Part shown: positions 11,912-22,241 of the stretch, one piece after another | Layout of the letters: each line of letters opens with the position of its first letter | Position numbering within the stretch: the first letter of the stretch is position 1 | Assembly (NCBI GenBank): GCA_963845755.1 | Contig: CAWJTV010000002.1 | Location: 1 to 64,000, forward strand | Direction of reading: 5' to 3' | Source: an uncultured Planctomycetota bacterium | GTDB lineage: Bacteria; Planctomycetota; Planctomycetia; Isosphaerales; Isosphaeraceae | DNA: 64,000 bases | The notes under the pieces: generated by a model | What the model saw: only the letters and a program-made list of their open reading frames with translations | Told to the model about the DNA's origin: nothing | Database searches by the model: none | Position numbers and translations under genes: made by a program

Positions 11912-13282
11912 GTGAATTGGGACATCTTCCATGCGGACAGCCTGGAGTTGGAGCGCGGGCTGAGCACGGCCGCCGTCCGCCTGGCCCTGGCCAGCGGGTC
12001 GATGTGCGAGGACGACCTTGTCCGGCCCGCGGGCACGACGGCGGCCTGGGCGCGCCTTGCCGATATCCCCGAGCTATCTAATCCCGGGAACGGACCTGAC
12101 ACATCATCCCCATTACCGTCCTCGACGGCGGCCCCGGCCCCCCCCGGCGCCGAGCCAGCACCAAGGCCGTTGGCGAATCCGGTGCGCACGCCGCCGGCCG
12201 CGGTACCGCCGCAGCGCGACGAGCACAGCGACTTCGAGATCGAGGCCGATGATGACGGCGCTCCATCTCACACCGCCCCGTCCCCCGCGACCCCGCCACC
12301 TGCCTGGCTCCAGCTTGGCGGCGAACCCGAGGACGTGGCCTTTCCCGTCTTGCCCGATCGACCAGCCGCGGCACGGCCCATCGAGCCGAGCCAGCCAGTG
12401 GCCGAGTCGACCGCGGCCTCAGCGTGGACCTGGGCCGAAGTGGAGGACGAAGACGAGGACGAAGAGGCGGGCGAGTCTTATGCCGAATTCGACGAGCAGA
12501 TCGAGATCCTCGACGACGACGGACCAGCCGGCCTGGAGATCCTGGACGAGGACCAACTCACGGTTCCGAGTCCGTATTCCCGGGAGTCGTTCGCCGAGAC
12601 GAGCGGTAGTCGGGTGGCTCTGCCGGTGGTCGCCTCCCGCGATTGGAACGAGGATCGGCAACCGGTCGAGGGCGGGGAAGAGGAGGGCGACTTCACGCTG
12701 ACTCGCAGCGGCCCCATGACCGTCGAAGAACTCGATTTGGCCCCGATGGTCGATGTCGCCTTTCAGCTTGTCCTGTTCTTCATGGTGACTGCGACGACTG
12801 TGCTCTTCAAGACGCTCGAGATCCCCAAGCCCAATTCGGACCCGCCTCCGGGCGCCGTCGCCCAGGGGACCTCGCGCGCGCTCGACGATTTCAAGGATGC
12901 TTACGTCATTGTCGAAATCGACGCCTCCGGTGCGATGAAAATCGATCAGGAGCCGGTCCAGGCGGAATTGAGTGTGCTGGTCGAACGGCTCCGGACCGCC
13001 CGGGAGAAGACGAACCGAAAGACGATGCTGCTCTCGGCCGAATTCGCCACCCCGCACCGCCATGCCGTGCTGGCCTATGATGCAGCCAACGAGATAGGCA
13101 TGGGCATCGCGATTGCGAAACCGACGGGGCCTCAGGCGGCCGGCCCCGGACTATTGACCGGTTCCGGGCGGCCGGGTCTGGCCCCGGTCGCCCCGACTGC
13201 CGCCTCACCGACACCCCGCGCGGCGCCAGATCCGGCCCCGGCTCCCAGCGAACCCGCGCCGAGATCCACGCCCTTTGACTGA
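11912..13282 (+). CDS. exbD: ExbD/TolR family protein with long N-terminal GYF-like and acidic low-complexity extension
   Basis: ELDLAPMVDVAFQLVLFFMV; N-terminal DDLVRPAGTTAAWARLADIPEL; Pro/Asp/Glu-rich linker. Confidence 0.8.
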   Translation: MNWDIFHADSLELERGLSTAAVRLALASGSMCEDDLVRPAGTTAAWARLADIPELSNPGNGPDTSSPLPSSTAAPAPPGAEPAPRPLANPVRTPPAAVPPQRDEHSDFEIEADDDGAPSHTAPSPATPPPAWLQLGGEPEDVAFPVLPDRPAAARPIEPSQPVAESTAASAWTWAEVEDEDEDEEAGESYAEFDEQIEILDDDGPAGLEILDEDQLTVPSPYSRESFAETSGSRVALPVVASRDWNEDRQPVEGGEEEGDFTLTRSGPMTVEELDLAPMVDVAFQLVLFFMVTATTVLFKTLEIPKPNSDPPPGAVAQGTSRALDDFKDAYVIVEIDASGAMKIDQEPVQAELSVLVERLRTAREKTNRKTMLLSAEFATPHRHAVLAYDAANEIGMGIAIAKPTGPQAAGPGLLTGSGRPGLAPVAPTAASPTPRAAPDPAPAPSEPAPRSTPFD

Positions 13283-13386
13283 AATCCAACCCGATCGGAC
13301 CGCTCATTGTAGTTTTCGACAACCATCCCCTCGCTCGGCGCTTCGCTCTCCTCAGAAGCAAGAATCCACGCCTTGCACGCGGCGTG

Positions 13387-13415
13387 TTGCCCGAGCGAGC
13401 CAGGGCTGTTAGAAT
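13387..13415 (+). promoter_or_regulatory. Sigma70-type promoter of the original tRNA-Gly locus
   Basis: TTGCCC (13387-13392), 17 bp spacer ending TGT, TAGAAT (13410-13415), ~70 bp upstream of the tRNA 5' fragment. Confidence 0.6.
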
Positions 13416-13482
13416 GTGCTCGGCCCTGATGAAGGCCGCATGTGCATCGCGACTCTTCACCAGGCAGGTTGCTTGATCCGCC

Positions 13483-13519
<37 letters not shown>

Positions 13520-13660
13520 TCGAGAAGCTGGCTATTTTGATGCGCTCGACAGGATTGGACAAGTCTGGACAAATCACGTCACAGCAACGGTTTACAGCGA
13601 TCCTCTCTGAAAGTCCACCTGGACAGGCTTAGCCCCATTTCGTCATCCTGAGCCAGAATC

Positions 13661-13726
13661 TTTGGCAACCATAGTGGCAACCAAAATCCGGTTGCCACAC
13701 GCGGCGGTCGGATGGGTGTGGCAACC
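13661..13726. repeat. TGGCAACC repeats, putative integrase arm-type sites (left arm)
   Basis: Copies at 13662, 13674, 13690 (inverted) and 13718; same motif at 18211 and 18223. Confidence 0.7.
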
Positions 13727-13936
13727 AAAACCCCATCCCGCATGCTTCAGAGCGTAGTATTTACATTTATCGATTTTTGCGCTACGCTCGCCTCGCTTAT
13801 CGGTGAGTGAGGTTATTATGTCTGGATTTCATCGCGGCGCAAGCCCTTCCATTCGGTATACCCCTGGACCGTGGTCCCGCGGTGGCCGGACGGCAAGTAC
13901 CACGCCATCCGCGTCAATGACTGGGAGCGAATCGGA

Positions 13937-14476
13937 CTAGTCTTCGACCCGGGCGTTTGGGTGGCGATTCAAGAACATCCGATCGGCGAGGCGTCTGGCC
14001 TCGGCGACCATTTCGGATTCCGCCTCTCCGGGCCCCGGTTGCAGAAGGACGGTGACGATGCCATGTTTTTCGTCATGCTGGGCCTCGCCCTCCCAACGGC
14101 CGGCGGAGTAGGCGACGGCACCCTTCGCCTTCACCCCGTGGTACACACGTCCCCGCGTGAGAGTCGGCCGCCACACCGATGTCTCACCTCGGCGATCGTA
14201 GGTGACGGAGTATTCGACGCGCGTGCCCGGCTCCTTCTCGTTCTCACCGGCCTGCGAAGGTTCCTCCAAGTCGTCTTCCGGCACCTCGAACATTGTCGGC
14301 TCGTCCTGGCCGATCACGGGCTGGACGAGGTAGATCCGCCGGCCGTGCGCTGCTAGGGGGCCGCGGTCCTCGATCACCTTGCCGGAGACCCGGCGCGGCC
14401 CGTAGAGGAAGGAGACCGGGTCGCCCACTCGGAAACGCGGCTTCTTTTTCTTTTTCTTTTTCTTTTTGTCACTCAT
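13937..14476 (-). CDS. Hypothetical protein with nine N-terminal Lys and an SH3/KOW-like start
   Basis: MSDKKKKKKKKKPRFRVGDPVSF; GAGGG RBS; starts 10 bp after the HEPN gene stop. Confidence 0.7.
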   Translation of the reverse strand: MSDKKKKKKKKKPRFRVGDPVSFLYGPRRVSGKVIEDRGPLAAHGRRIYLVQPVIGQDEPTMFEVPEDDLEEPSQAGENEKEPGTRVEYSVTYDRRGETSVWRPTLTRGRVYHGVKAKGAVAYSAGRWEGEAQHDEKHGIVTVLLQPGPGEAESEMVAEARRLADRMFLNRHPNARVED

Positions 14477-14486
14477 AAGCTAGCCC

Positions 14487-15074
14487 TCATGTGGGCCACG
14501 GCGGGCCCCCGATTAGGCTTCCCAGGTATGTCCGCATCACGCGATCGAACGTGCGTGCCAGGCGGTTGCACAGTCTCCGCCATCGGCGTACCTCGTTTAG
14601 CGTGAGGTTGGGTGGCGCTCCCGGGCTCACCGTCGTGAAATTCTGGTGGGCGATCGCGTTCCGCCAATCGTTGAGAATTCCCAGTTCCTTCATGGCCGCC
14701 TTGTTGTCCGCGAGAAGGCTATTGGCCTCGTCCCAGAACGCAACGCCAAACCAACCGAAGTCGGAACCGAGGCTGCCGGCCTGGGCATTCCTGCTCTCCA
14801 ACTGGCGGCCCTCGACGAACCGATTGCGAACGATCTGCGTCACGAGGGCGGGCGGATTGAGATAATCGATGAGGATTGTGACGCTCTCCGTGTGGAGGTC
14901 CCGGCAGAATCCCTGGAACTGAGAGGCGACCATCACGGCATACGCCTGGTTGACCTGTTGGGTCGCGTAGCGCCTGCCCGGCCCCGTCCCGCCGATGGAT
15001 GCGTGAGCGTTTGCCATCTCGTCCAAGGCTCGGGCACGGGTTGTCCGCCAGACGCGCAGGGAGTTCGACGGCAT
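14487..15074 (-). CDS. HEPN domain protein (RiboL-PSP-HEPN-like putative RNase)
   Basis: Helical protein with SQFQGFCRDL and the RxxxxH motif WRNAIAH. Confidence 0.75.
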   Translation of the reverse strand: MPSNSLRVWRTTRARALDEMANAHASIGGTGPGRRYATQQVNQAYAVMVASQFQGFCRDLHTESVTILIDYLNPPALVTQIVRNRFVEGRQLESRNAQAGSLGSDFGWFGVAFWDEANSLLADNKAAMKELGILNDWRNAIAHQNFTTVSPGAPPNLTLNEVRRWRRLCNRLARTFDRVMRTYLGSLIGGPPWPT

Positions 15075-15382
15075 GTAACGTCCTCAGACCAATCGCACCG
15101 CGCACAGCCATTTTTCTAGTCTACCAGGCAACCACTCGCATCGGTAGATTCGCGGTGCCGTCGCCTTGTTCTCCGTATACCGTCAGCGCTAGCCGTCATA
15201 CCTACGATGATGGGGCGTTGAATTTCCGGTCGAACCCAGCCAAACCGAAAGGAGACCTCCGTCTCCGAACCTCAAGACTTACGTGTGACGGACCACCAGC
15301 GCAATTAAGAACGCCGGCGCTTGGCCGGGGTGGTCGATCACTCGTTGGAACCTCATCCTTATCAGAACATTCTCAGGACACA

Positions 15383-16255
15383 TCATATCGGCATCTGGCC
15401 GCGCTGAATGGCAAACCCGTTGAACCGGTCAAGTGGATCGATACCCCAGCCGTTCAGAAACGTCGTCAGATGCGCCGCCGTCACAACGAACACCGTGCGT
15501 TCACGAGCCCGGTTGGCCGCTCTGAGGTCTCGGAACCGGCTCTCTGGCATCGCCGTGGCCAAGCTCTTGCGAAAGCGGACAAAAGGGACGGTCTCGGTGA
15601 CCGCATTGGCGGCGGCGAGCGTTCCGTCCTCAACTCGAATCGCCGCCGGATCGAAACGGCAGATTGTCAGCGCCGCATTCGTCACGACCACCGGCACGAT
15701 GAACAGTCGCAGGTGCTGGGCGTATCCCTGGCTCATGACATTCACTTCCTCGTTACCCAGGCCCTCCACCGACTGTAGGCACTCTACCGCAAGCGATTCC
15801 AGAATCGGCGTGCGCCGCGGCTCATCGCTCGGCATCACGCAGAACTCGGACTGGTAGGACGCAGGGGAGATGCGCACGTCCTCCCAGACGCGCACATCGT
15901 GCCATTCCGGAGGAGACTTCGTGCGATCGCCGTTTCCCTCAATCTCCAGGCACGAGCAGACGTCGGTTTGTGTCGGAGCGTGTCCCGGCAGGAGGAAGAG
16001 CCAATTCAATTGTCGGGCGTCGTCCGCTCTGATCCGCTTGCATTCCACCACCAAGCGGCATGTTGTGAGATGGTGGTGCGTCAAGACCAAGTCGATGAAT
16101 CCGGATGCTCCGTCCGGGATGGCCCAGGGCTGTTCGCGGCTCGCAACCGTCCATCCATGCTCTTGGACCGTAGCGTTGACCTCCTGCTCAACGCGGAGCT
16201 GGAATCCATAACCTGACCGGTTGAACTGCTTCAGGATCTCGTCATGCGTGGGCAT
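15383..16255 (-). CDS. Putative PD-(D/E)xK restriction-endonuclease-like protein
   Basis: SGYGFQLRV, GFIDLVL and LVVECKR catalytic-type motifs, IVPVVVTNA. Confidence 0.65.
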   Translation of the reverse strand: MPTHDEILKQFNRSGYGFQLRVEQEVNATVQEHGWTVASREQPWAIPDGASGFIDLVLTHHHLTTCRLVVECKRIRADDARQLNWLFLLPGHAPTQTDVCSCLEIEGNGDRTKSPPEWHDVRVWEDVRISPASYQSEFCVMPSDEPRRTPILESLAVECLQSVEGLGNEEVNVMSQGYAQHLRLFIVPVVVTNAALTICRFDPAAIRVEDGTLAAANAVTETVPFVRFRKSLATAMPESRFRDLRAANRARERTVFVVTAAHLTTFLNGWGIDPLDRFNGFAIQRGQMPI

Positions 16256-16395
16256 AGGCGGTTTCTCGCAACCGGTGGACTTGAACTGTGAACAAAATCA
16301 TAGCATATCAACCGGCTCGATGCCCGATCAACACGGACGTACACTATACCTGATCGTTATTCGTAGAAGGAAGTTGTCGGTCCTATTCTCGCCCT

Positions 16396-18134
16396 GGGTG
16401 GAAGACGCGGTTCGTTTTTCTGACGAGTTACGCGGCTTCCCCAGTCTTCCTGGCTTTGTAGCTGCGGAACGGGCTGCTGGGCCGCTCCTTGAGGTGGCGG
16501 TCCAGGCGGCCATCTTCGGAAAGGAAGGCCGCACGGAGTTGGAGGATCGCTTCGGCACCGGCCTCGCTCCAGAACTTCTCCGACCCCTTCACCCGGCGGT
16601 TGAATATCTTCACCGTCGACTCCACGTGGCTGGTCGTCCACGGGAGGCCCTCGCGACGATAGCGCGGATAGTCCATCCGCTCCCGGTTGTCTTCCAGGTA
16701 GCCCAGCACCCGCGCGACGATCCTCCGGGGGTCGTCGTCGGCTAGCCTTTCCAGCGGGCACCCGCACAAGGCGATCTGGGTATCACACCAGGTGCGAAGC
16801 TCCGCGATCACCCGATCGACCCGCCCGTTCCAGCAGGCCTCCGCCCAGGCCTGGAATGACTCCCAGCGGCCCTCGGTGTCGGCGACCATGACCCGGGCCG
16901 CCGTGAAGAGGTGGGCCAGGGCGTGGAGGAAGTTGACGATCGCCACGAAGGTCGGGAAAGAGCGGCGGTGCAGCCCCCAGATCCAGGCCGAGCCGTCCCC
17001 CAAGAACGCCCGGGCGGCGGCCGCGGCGAAGTTCCGCCGTCGGGCCTCGGCGGCGACCATCGGCCCGAAGCGATCGACCGGGGCGGTCGTGGCCACGTAG
17101 GTGCGCACCGATAGCTCCGGCGTACCGCGCGGCTCGGCGGCCTCGGCGACGGCCGGGATCGGCAGCACGGCGGGCTCCTGGATCTCGGGGGCCGGCGGGC
17201 CCATCGGTCCGGTCCCGCCGATGGCCCCGATGACCTTCTCGACGTAGGCCCGATCGCGGAAACAGGCGGGCAATTCCGGCTCGGGGTCGCACTCGGAGAC
17301 GACAGGGGCCATCGTCGCCAGGATCGCGATCTTGTCCTCGTGCCAGGCGGCCTGGTGGGCTCCCGGCCCCTGGCCCGCGCCGCGGATCTGGAGCCGGCCG
17401 CCATCGACCTCGACGACCGCCAGGGCTGGCCGTGTCGCGACGCGCGGCTCGAGCGTGCCGGCCTGGAAGCGGTCCACCGGCTCATCCCGCTGGGACCGCA
17501 ACTGCTCGCCGAGTTCGCGGGCGATGCGGTCGAGTTGCCGGCCGCTGATGTCCACCTCGGCCAATTCGGCGACGGCCTCGGCTGCCTCGCGGAAGGAGGG
17601 CTCGCGGGTGGCGGAACGGACGATCTTGCGGACTACCGAGGGGCTGTAGTCATGGGACGTCAGCCGTGCGCCGGGCGCGAGGGAAAAAAATCCCGGCGGC
17701 AGGCCGGGCAGTGGCACTGGGGCTCGGCGTAGGTGACCGCGCCGCCCCAGAAGTCGATGGCCCGCGGCTCGCGCTGTACGGCGCAAGGCCGCTGACACGT
17801 CGGGCAGGGTTGCTCGGGCCCCAGCAGCGCGGCCTTCCGCTCCAGCAGATCGGCGATGGTGCCCCGAGCGACGGCGCGGGCGGCGGTGATGGCCATCTGC
17901 TCGATGTCGTCGGCGTCGAGATCCAACTCGGGCCCGACCTCATCGTGGACTGCGCCGGGCCACGACTTTCCCCCACCCTTCGGCGAGCCGCTCGACGCCG
18001 TCTCGATCCATCGATGGTGACTTCTGGAAAGGCATCGGAGGTCCCTCCTTGGACTTCGGGTGATAGACAATCTGGGAAACTCACCTTGACAGCTTACCAG
18101 GGATCGAACGCCGCGCGAACCGCGTCTTCCACCC
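16396..18134 (-). mobile_element. Insertion sequence, ISKra4/IS256-superfamily-like, 1739 bp
   Basis: Perfect 19-bp terminal inverted repeats GGGTGGAAGACGCGGTTCG (16396-16414; 18116-18134) and 9-bp target duplication TCTCGCCCT (16387-16395; 18135-18143). Confidence 0.92.
16428..18011 (-). CDS. ISKra4-like DDE transposase, orfA/orfB joined at a slippery T-run
   Basis: orfA CPTC..CPACRRDFFP; orfB VEVDGG, FLGDGSAWIW, NFLHA, RMDYPRYRREGLP, VESTVK, RRVKG. Confidence 0.88.
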
Positions 18135-18161
18135 TCTCGCCCTGATCCCGCCGCTCCCCTC

Positions 18162-18190
18162 TTGGCCGGTAGGATGCCAGCCGTTAGAAT
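18162..18190 (+). promoter_or_regulatory. Islet-borne sigma70-type promoter upstream of the intact tRNA-Gly
   Basis: TTGGCC (18162-18167), 17 bp, TAGAAT (18185-18190); same -10 hexamer and spacing as 13387-13415. Confidence 0.55.
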
Positions 18191-18285
18191 CGATTTGAGC
18201 TCGAAAGACGGTGGCAACAGGTGTGGCAACCAAGCCGAGAAAAGCATCTGTGCATTTGACGTAAGTCCTTACAGATTAAGCACTT

Positions 18286-18357
<72 letters not shown>

Positions 18358-18431
18358 CTCGACATAACTCCTGCCGAAACCTCAACTTGAGGTTACCTAT
18401 CCCGGTCGGATAGTGCGGCGCCAGACCCGCC

Positions 18432-18456
18432 GGAATGCAGAATAGTTCTGCATTCC
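18432..18456. repeat. Perfect 11-bp inverted repeat between tRNA and integrase (arm site or operator)
   Basis: GGAATGCAGAA-TAG-TTCTGCATTCC. Confidence 0.6.
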
Positions 18457-18477
18457 CCAGCGACATGAGGTATTGGC

Positions 18478-19772
18478 GTGGCACGCACCCGTCGGGGAAC
18501 TCCCCCCTCCTACCGCCGTCACTCTTCCGGTCAGGCCTGCGTCACCGTCCGCGATGGCCAGCGGACGACGCCGCGAGATCCTGCTTGGTAAGTGGGATTC
18601 GCCCGAGTCGAAGGCCGAGTACGCACGGATCATCGACGAACTGGCCGCCCACCAGGGCCGGCTCATGGAACAACAGAAGGACCGGGCCGCCTCCAGCGAC
18701 CTCACGGTCAATGCCCTGGTCCTTGCCTTCTGGAAGCACGCCGAGCAGCATTACGGCCAGCCCAGGGAGAAGTCCGCCACGAGCGAGCTGCTCAACCTGC
18801 GCCACGCCTTACATCCACTCAGGGCGCTGTATGGCCACCTCCGGGCCTCCGAGTTTGGCCCGGTCGCCCTCCGGGCCGATCCGCGAGAAGATGATCGAGG
18901 CCGGCCTGAGCCGGACGACCATCAACGCTCGGATCAACCGGATCCGCCGGGTTTTTCGGTGGGCGGTCTCGGTCGAGCTGATCTCGGCGCCGGTCCTCCA
19001 GGCCCTGGAGACGGTTCCCGGGCTCCAGCGTGGCCGGTCGAATGCGAAGGAAACCGGCAGGGGTCAAGCCGGTCCCGATCGATCGCGTCGAGGCGACATT
19101 GCCCCACCTCAATCCCGTCGTCGCCGCCATGGTCCGGGTCCAGCTCCTGACCGGCTGCCGGGCCGAGGAAGTCATGATCATGCGTGGCTGCGACCTGACG
19201 CCGGGCGAGCCGAACTGGGAGTATCGCCCGGCCTGGCACAAGACCGCCTGGCGGGGCAAGGACCGCGTCATCATCGTGGGGCCGAAGGCCCAGGAGATCC
19301 TCAGGCCATTCCTCAAGGCCGATCCGCAGGCGTACCTCTTCGACCCGCGCGACGTGGTCGAGGCCCACCATGCGGAGCGGGCCCGGAACGCGGAAGTCGA
19401 AGCCCACGCCCTCGGAGGTCGCCAGGCGGTCCAAGGACCGACCGGGGCAGGGTCACGCCGATCACTACGACCGGCGGACCTACCGCCAGGCCGTCATCCG
19501 GGCCTGCAATCGGGCCTTCCCCCACCCTCAACTGTCGAAGATCAAGCCGAAGAAGCTGACGGCCGATCAGCGGCTCGACCTCAAGGAATGGCGGCGGAAG
19601 CAGCGGTGGTCGCCCTTGCAGCTCCGGCATACGGCCGCGACGACGATCCGGTCACGGTTTGGCCTGGAGGCGTCGCAGGTCGTCCTGGGCCACGCAAAGG
19701 CCGACGTGACGCAGATCTACGCGGAGACGGGACCTGGCCAAGGCACATGCAGTCATGGCCGAGATCGGTTGA
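18478..19772 (+). CDS. Tyrosine recombinase/integrase (several frameshifts)
   Basis: N-terminal PSYRRHSSGQA, TINARINRIRRVFRWAV, catalytic TGCR, HKT, PLQLRH, VLGH, TQIY; directly downstream of the tRNA. Confidence 0.92.
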
Positions 19773-19980
19773 GTTGCCTGCGACATCGGAGATCTGGCTC
19801 AATGCAATCTGGCGGTCGGAGCACACGGTTCCGGATCACCTTGGACGAGGAAAAATCGACTGCCACGCGATTCGTAGCATTGCGACGCAGATTGTAGCAC
19901 CCCTTATTCGGAGGACGCGCGGTGTCGTCCTCTGCACGACGCGCTAAGGCGTCGTGAAGTCCCAGGATCGATGAAGGGGG

Positions 19981-21592
19981 GTGACGATGGTCGGCCTGGA
20001 AGGCGAATTGCCTGGCGGCGTAAGGGGTTGTAAGGGGTCTCACCAGGAGAGAGACGACGAACGCACGCCGAGGATCCTCGTGTGGAGGATCGAGCGGGGA
20101 TCCCGGTGGAACTTCCGGCGACTCGGCCGGCGACTGTCGCGCCACGAAGACCTTTTTCGCGACGGCAGCAGGGGCCTCGGCCTGATCCAGGTGCTCGACG
20201 ATGGAAAGACACGCCGGATCACGAGGGCGGCGGAACTGGCCCCACTCATCGCCGATCGCATCCCGATGCGTGTCGAGAAAGACGGCAAGGTCAAGTCCGA
20301 GATGCCCGGACGCCGCGATCCTGAACGCCGCCCTCCGGAGCGAGGTCTTCCTGGGCTGTTTCCGGCCGATTGACGGGATCATCCAGCGATCGACCTACTT
20401 CGAGGATTTCACGCCGGCCCAGCCCGGCTACCACGATCGGGGAGCGGGCGGTCGGATCCTCCACGTAGGTCCTGCCCCCGACGTGGTCGGATCGCTCGAG
20501 ACGATCAACCAGTTCCTCGATGTCATGGATTTCGCGACGAATGCCGATCGGACGAACACCGTTGCAGCGGCCCTGACGGTCCTCCTGCGGAATCACTGGC
20601 CCGGCGAGAAGCCGATCGTGGTCATCACGGCGACGAGGAGTCACGCCGGCAAGGGGACGATCGCCGAGATGATCCGCGGGTGCACGGACAAGGCGGATAT
20701 CCCCTACCAGAACGTGGACTGGCCGATGCAGTATCAGTTCCAGCGACAGGTCCGGATGAATCCCGACCTCAGCGTCGTCCTGTTCGACAACGTGCGACTG
20801 GACAGCGCCGGTGGACGGGGTAGGTTCATCCGCTCAGCTTTCATTGAGAGTTTCGTAATGAATCCGGAGCTCATCCTTGCATCGCCGGGCGCCGGGGATC
20901 CAATTGCGATGGTCAACCGGTTCGTGGCACTCCTGAACACCAATGATGGGAGCCTGAGCGAGGACCTCCACAACCGATCCCTGCCGATTCATCTGTCGCC
21001 CCGTGGGAGCATCCATGATCGCAAGTCGTCCATAGGTAACCCGAAGCTCGAATTCCTCCCCCAGAATCGGGATCGCATCGAGGCCGAACTCCGTGGCATG
21101 ATCGAGCGGTGGCGACTGGCCGGGATGCCGCGGGACGAGACGGCCAATCATCCCATGACGCCTTGGGCTCGGACGGTCGGAGGCACCCTGATGGTCAACG
21201 GTTTCGCGGACTTCCTCGGCAACCGACAGCGTCGCAGGACGGCGGACAATCCGCTACACGAGGCCCTGGGCATCCTGGGGGCGTCCGCTGTGGGCAGCCC
21301 ACTCCGGCCCTCGGAATGGGCTGCGAAGGCCGTCGAGCTGGGTCTCGCGAGGACCTTGTTCCTGGCCACGGAGCGAGACACCGAGAAGGGTCGAGAGCGG
21401 GCCATCGGCGTCACCCTGAGCCGATATCTCGAAGAGACGTTCGACGTACCGACCGAGACACAGGACCTCCGCCTGCGGCTGTCGGGCGGTAGCCGTCGCT
21501 GGACCCACGGTAGGAACCCGCATGTTCGCTATGTCTTTAGCCCGCTTGACGGGAACGAATCAGATACCAGTGTCAGAGAGTGCTCGTCCTGA
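19981..21592 (+). CDS. P-loop NTPase resembling primase-associated helicase domains (start uncertain, frameshifted)
   Basis: QPGYHD, Walker A-like TATRSHAGKGT, Walker B-like VLFDNV, LNTND, DLHNR. Confidence 0.6.
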
Positions 21593-22241
21593 GGGGAGGT
21601 CGCTGGAGACTGCCGATTCCGGGACAGCGCCGGCTCTGGAGGGCTCACCGGGCGGCGGTCGGGTGAGCCCCTCCCATCTTCCAAGCGAGCGATTCGGTAT
21701 CTCCGGACTTCGGTCGGCTCCGCTTGTTCGTTGTTCGAGAGTTGAGATCCGAACGACTCAACGGAGGAATCCCGGGCCGCAGGTCGCCCGTCGATTTCGA
21801 AGAAGGCGCAGGGTGTCTACATGATCGAACTACGAGACTGTCCGTTCAATAGCCTTTGTCCGACCCGGTGATCCGCCTACCGGATAGTGTTCATTGATTC
21901 ATTGACGAAATCAATCGCCATCTCTCTATCTAACGGTATTGCACAAGTCTTCGACATCGGAAATGGCGACGAGGCAGACCAAGGGCTCATCGCGAGAGTT
22001 CCTTTGAATCCCTCCGCGAGGTATCGCAGCTCCATCCAAGCACCTATCCTAACGACATCTCGACTTCGGCACTGCCGGGTATCGCATCATCGCGAGCCAT
22101 AACCTGACTCCCGATGCACGGCTACCTCCAATGCAGCCCTCAAACCATCGCCGAACAGCGGGTACTTGCAACGGCCGTTCGCATCTATATAATCCTGTTC
22201 GTCCCTCCCGGATCTGCTGTCGGCGTCGTGGAACAATTGGC

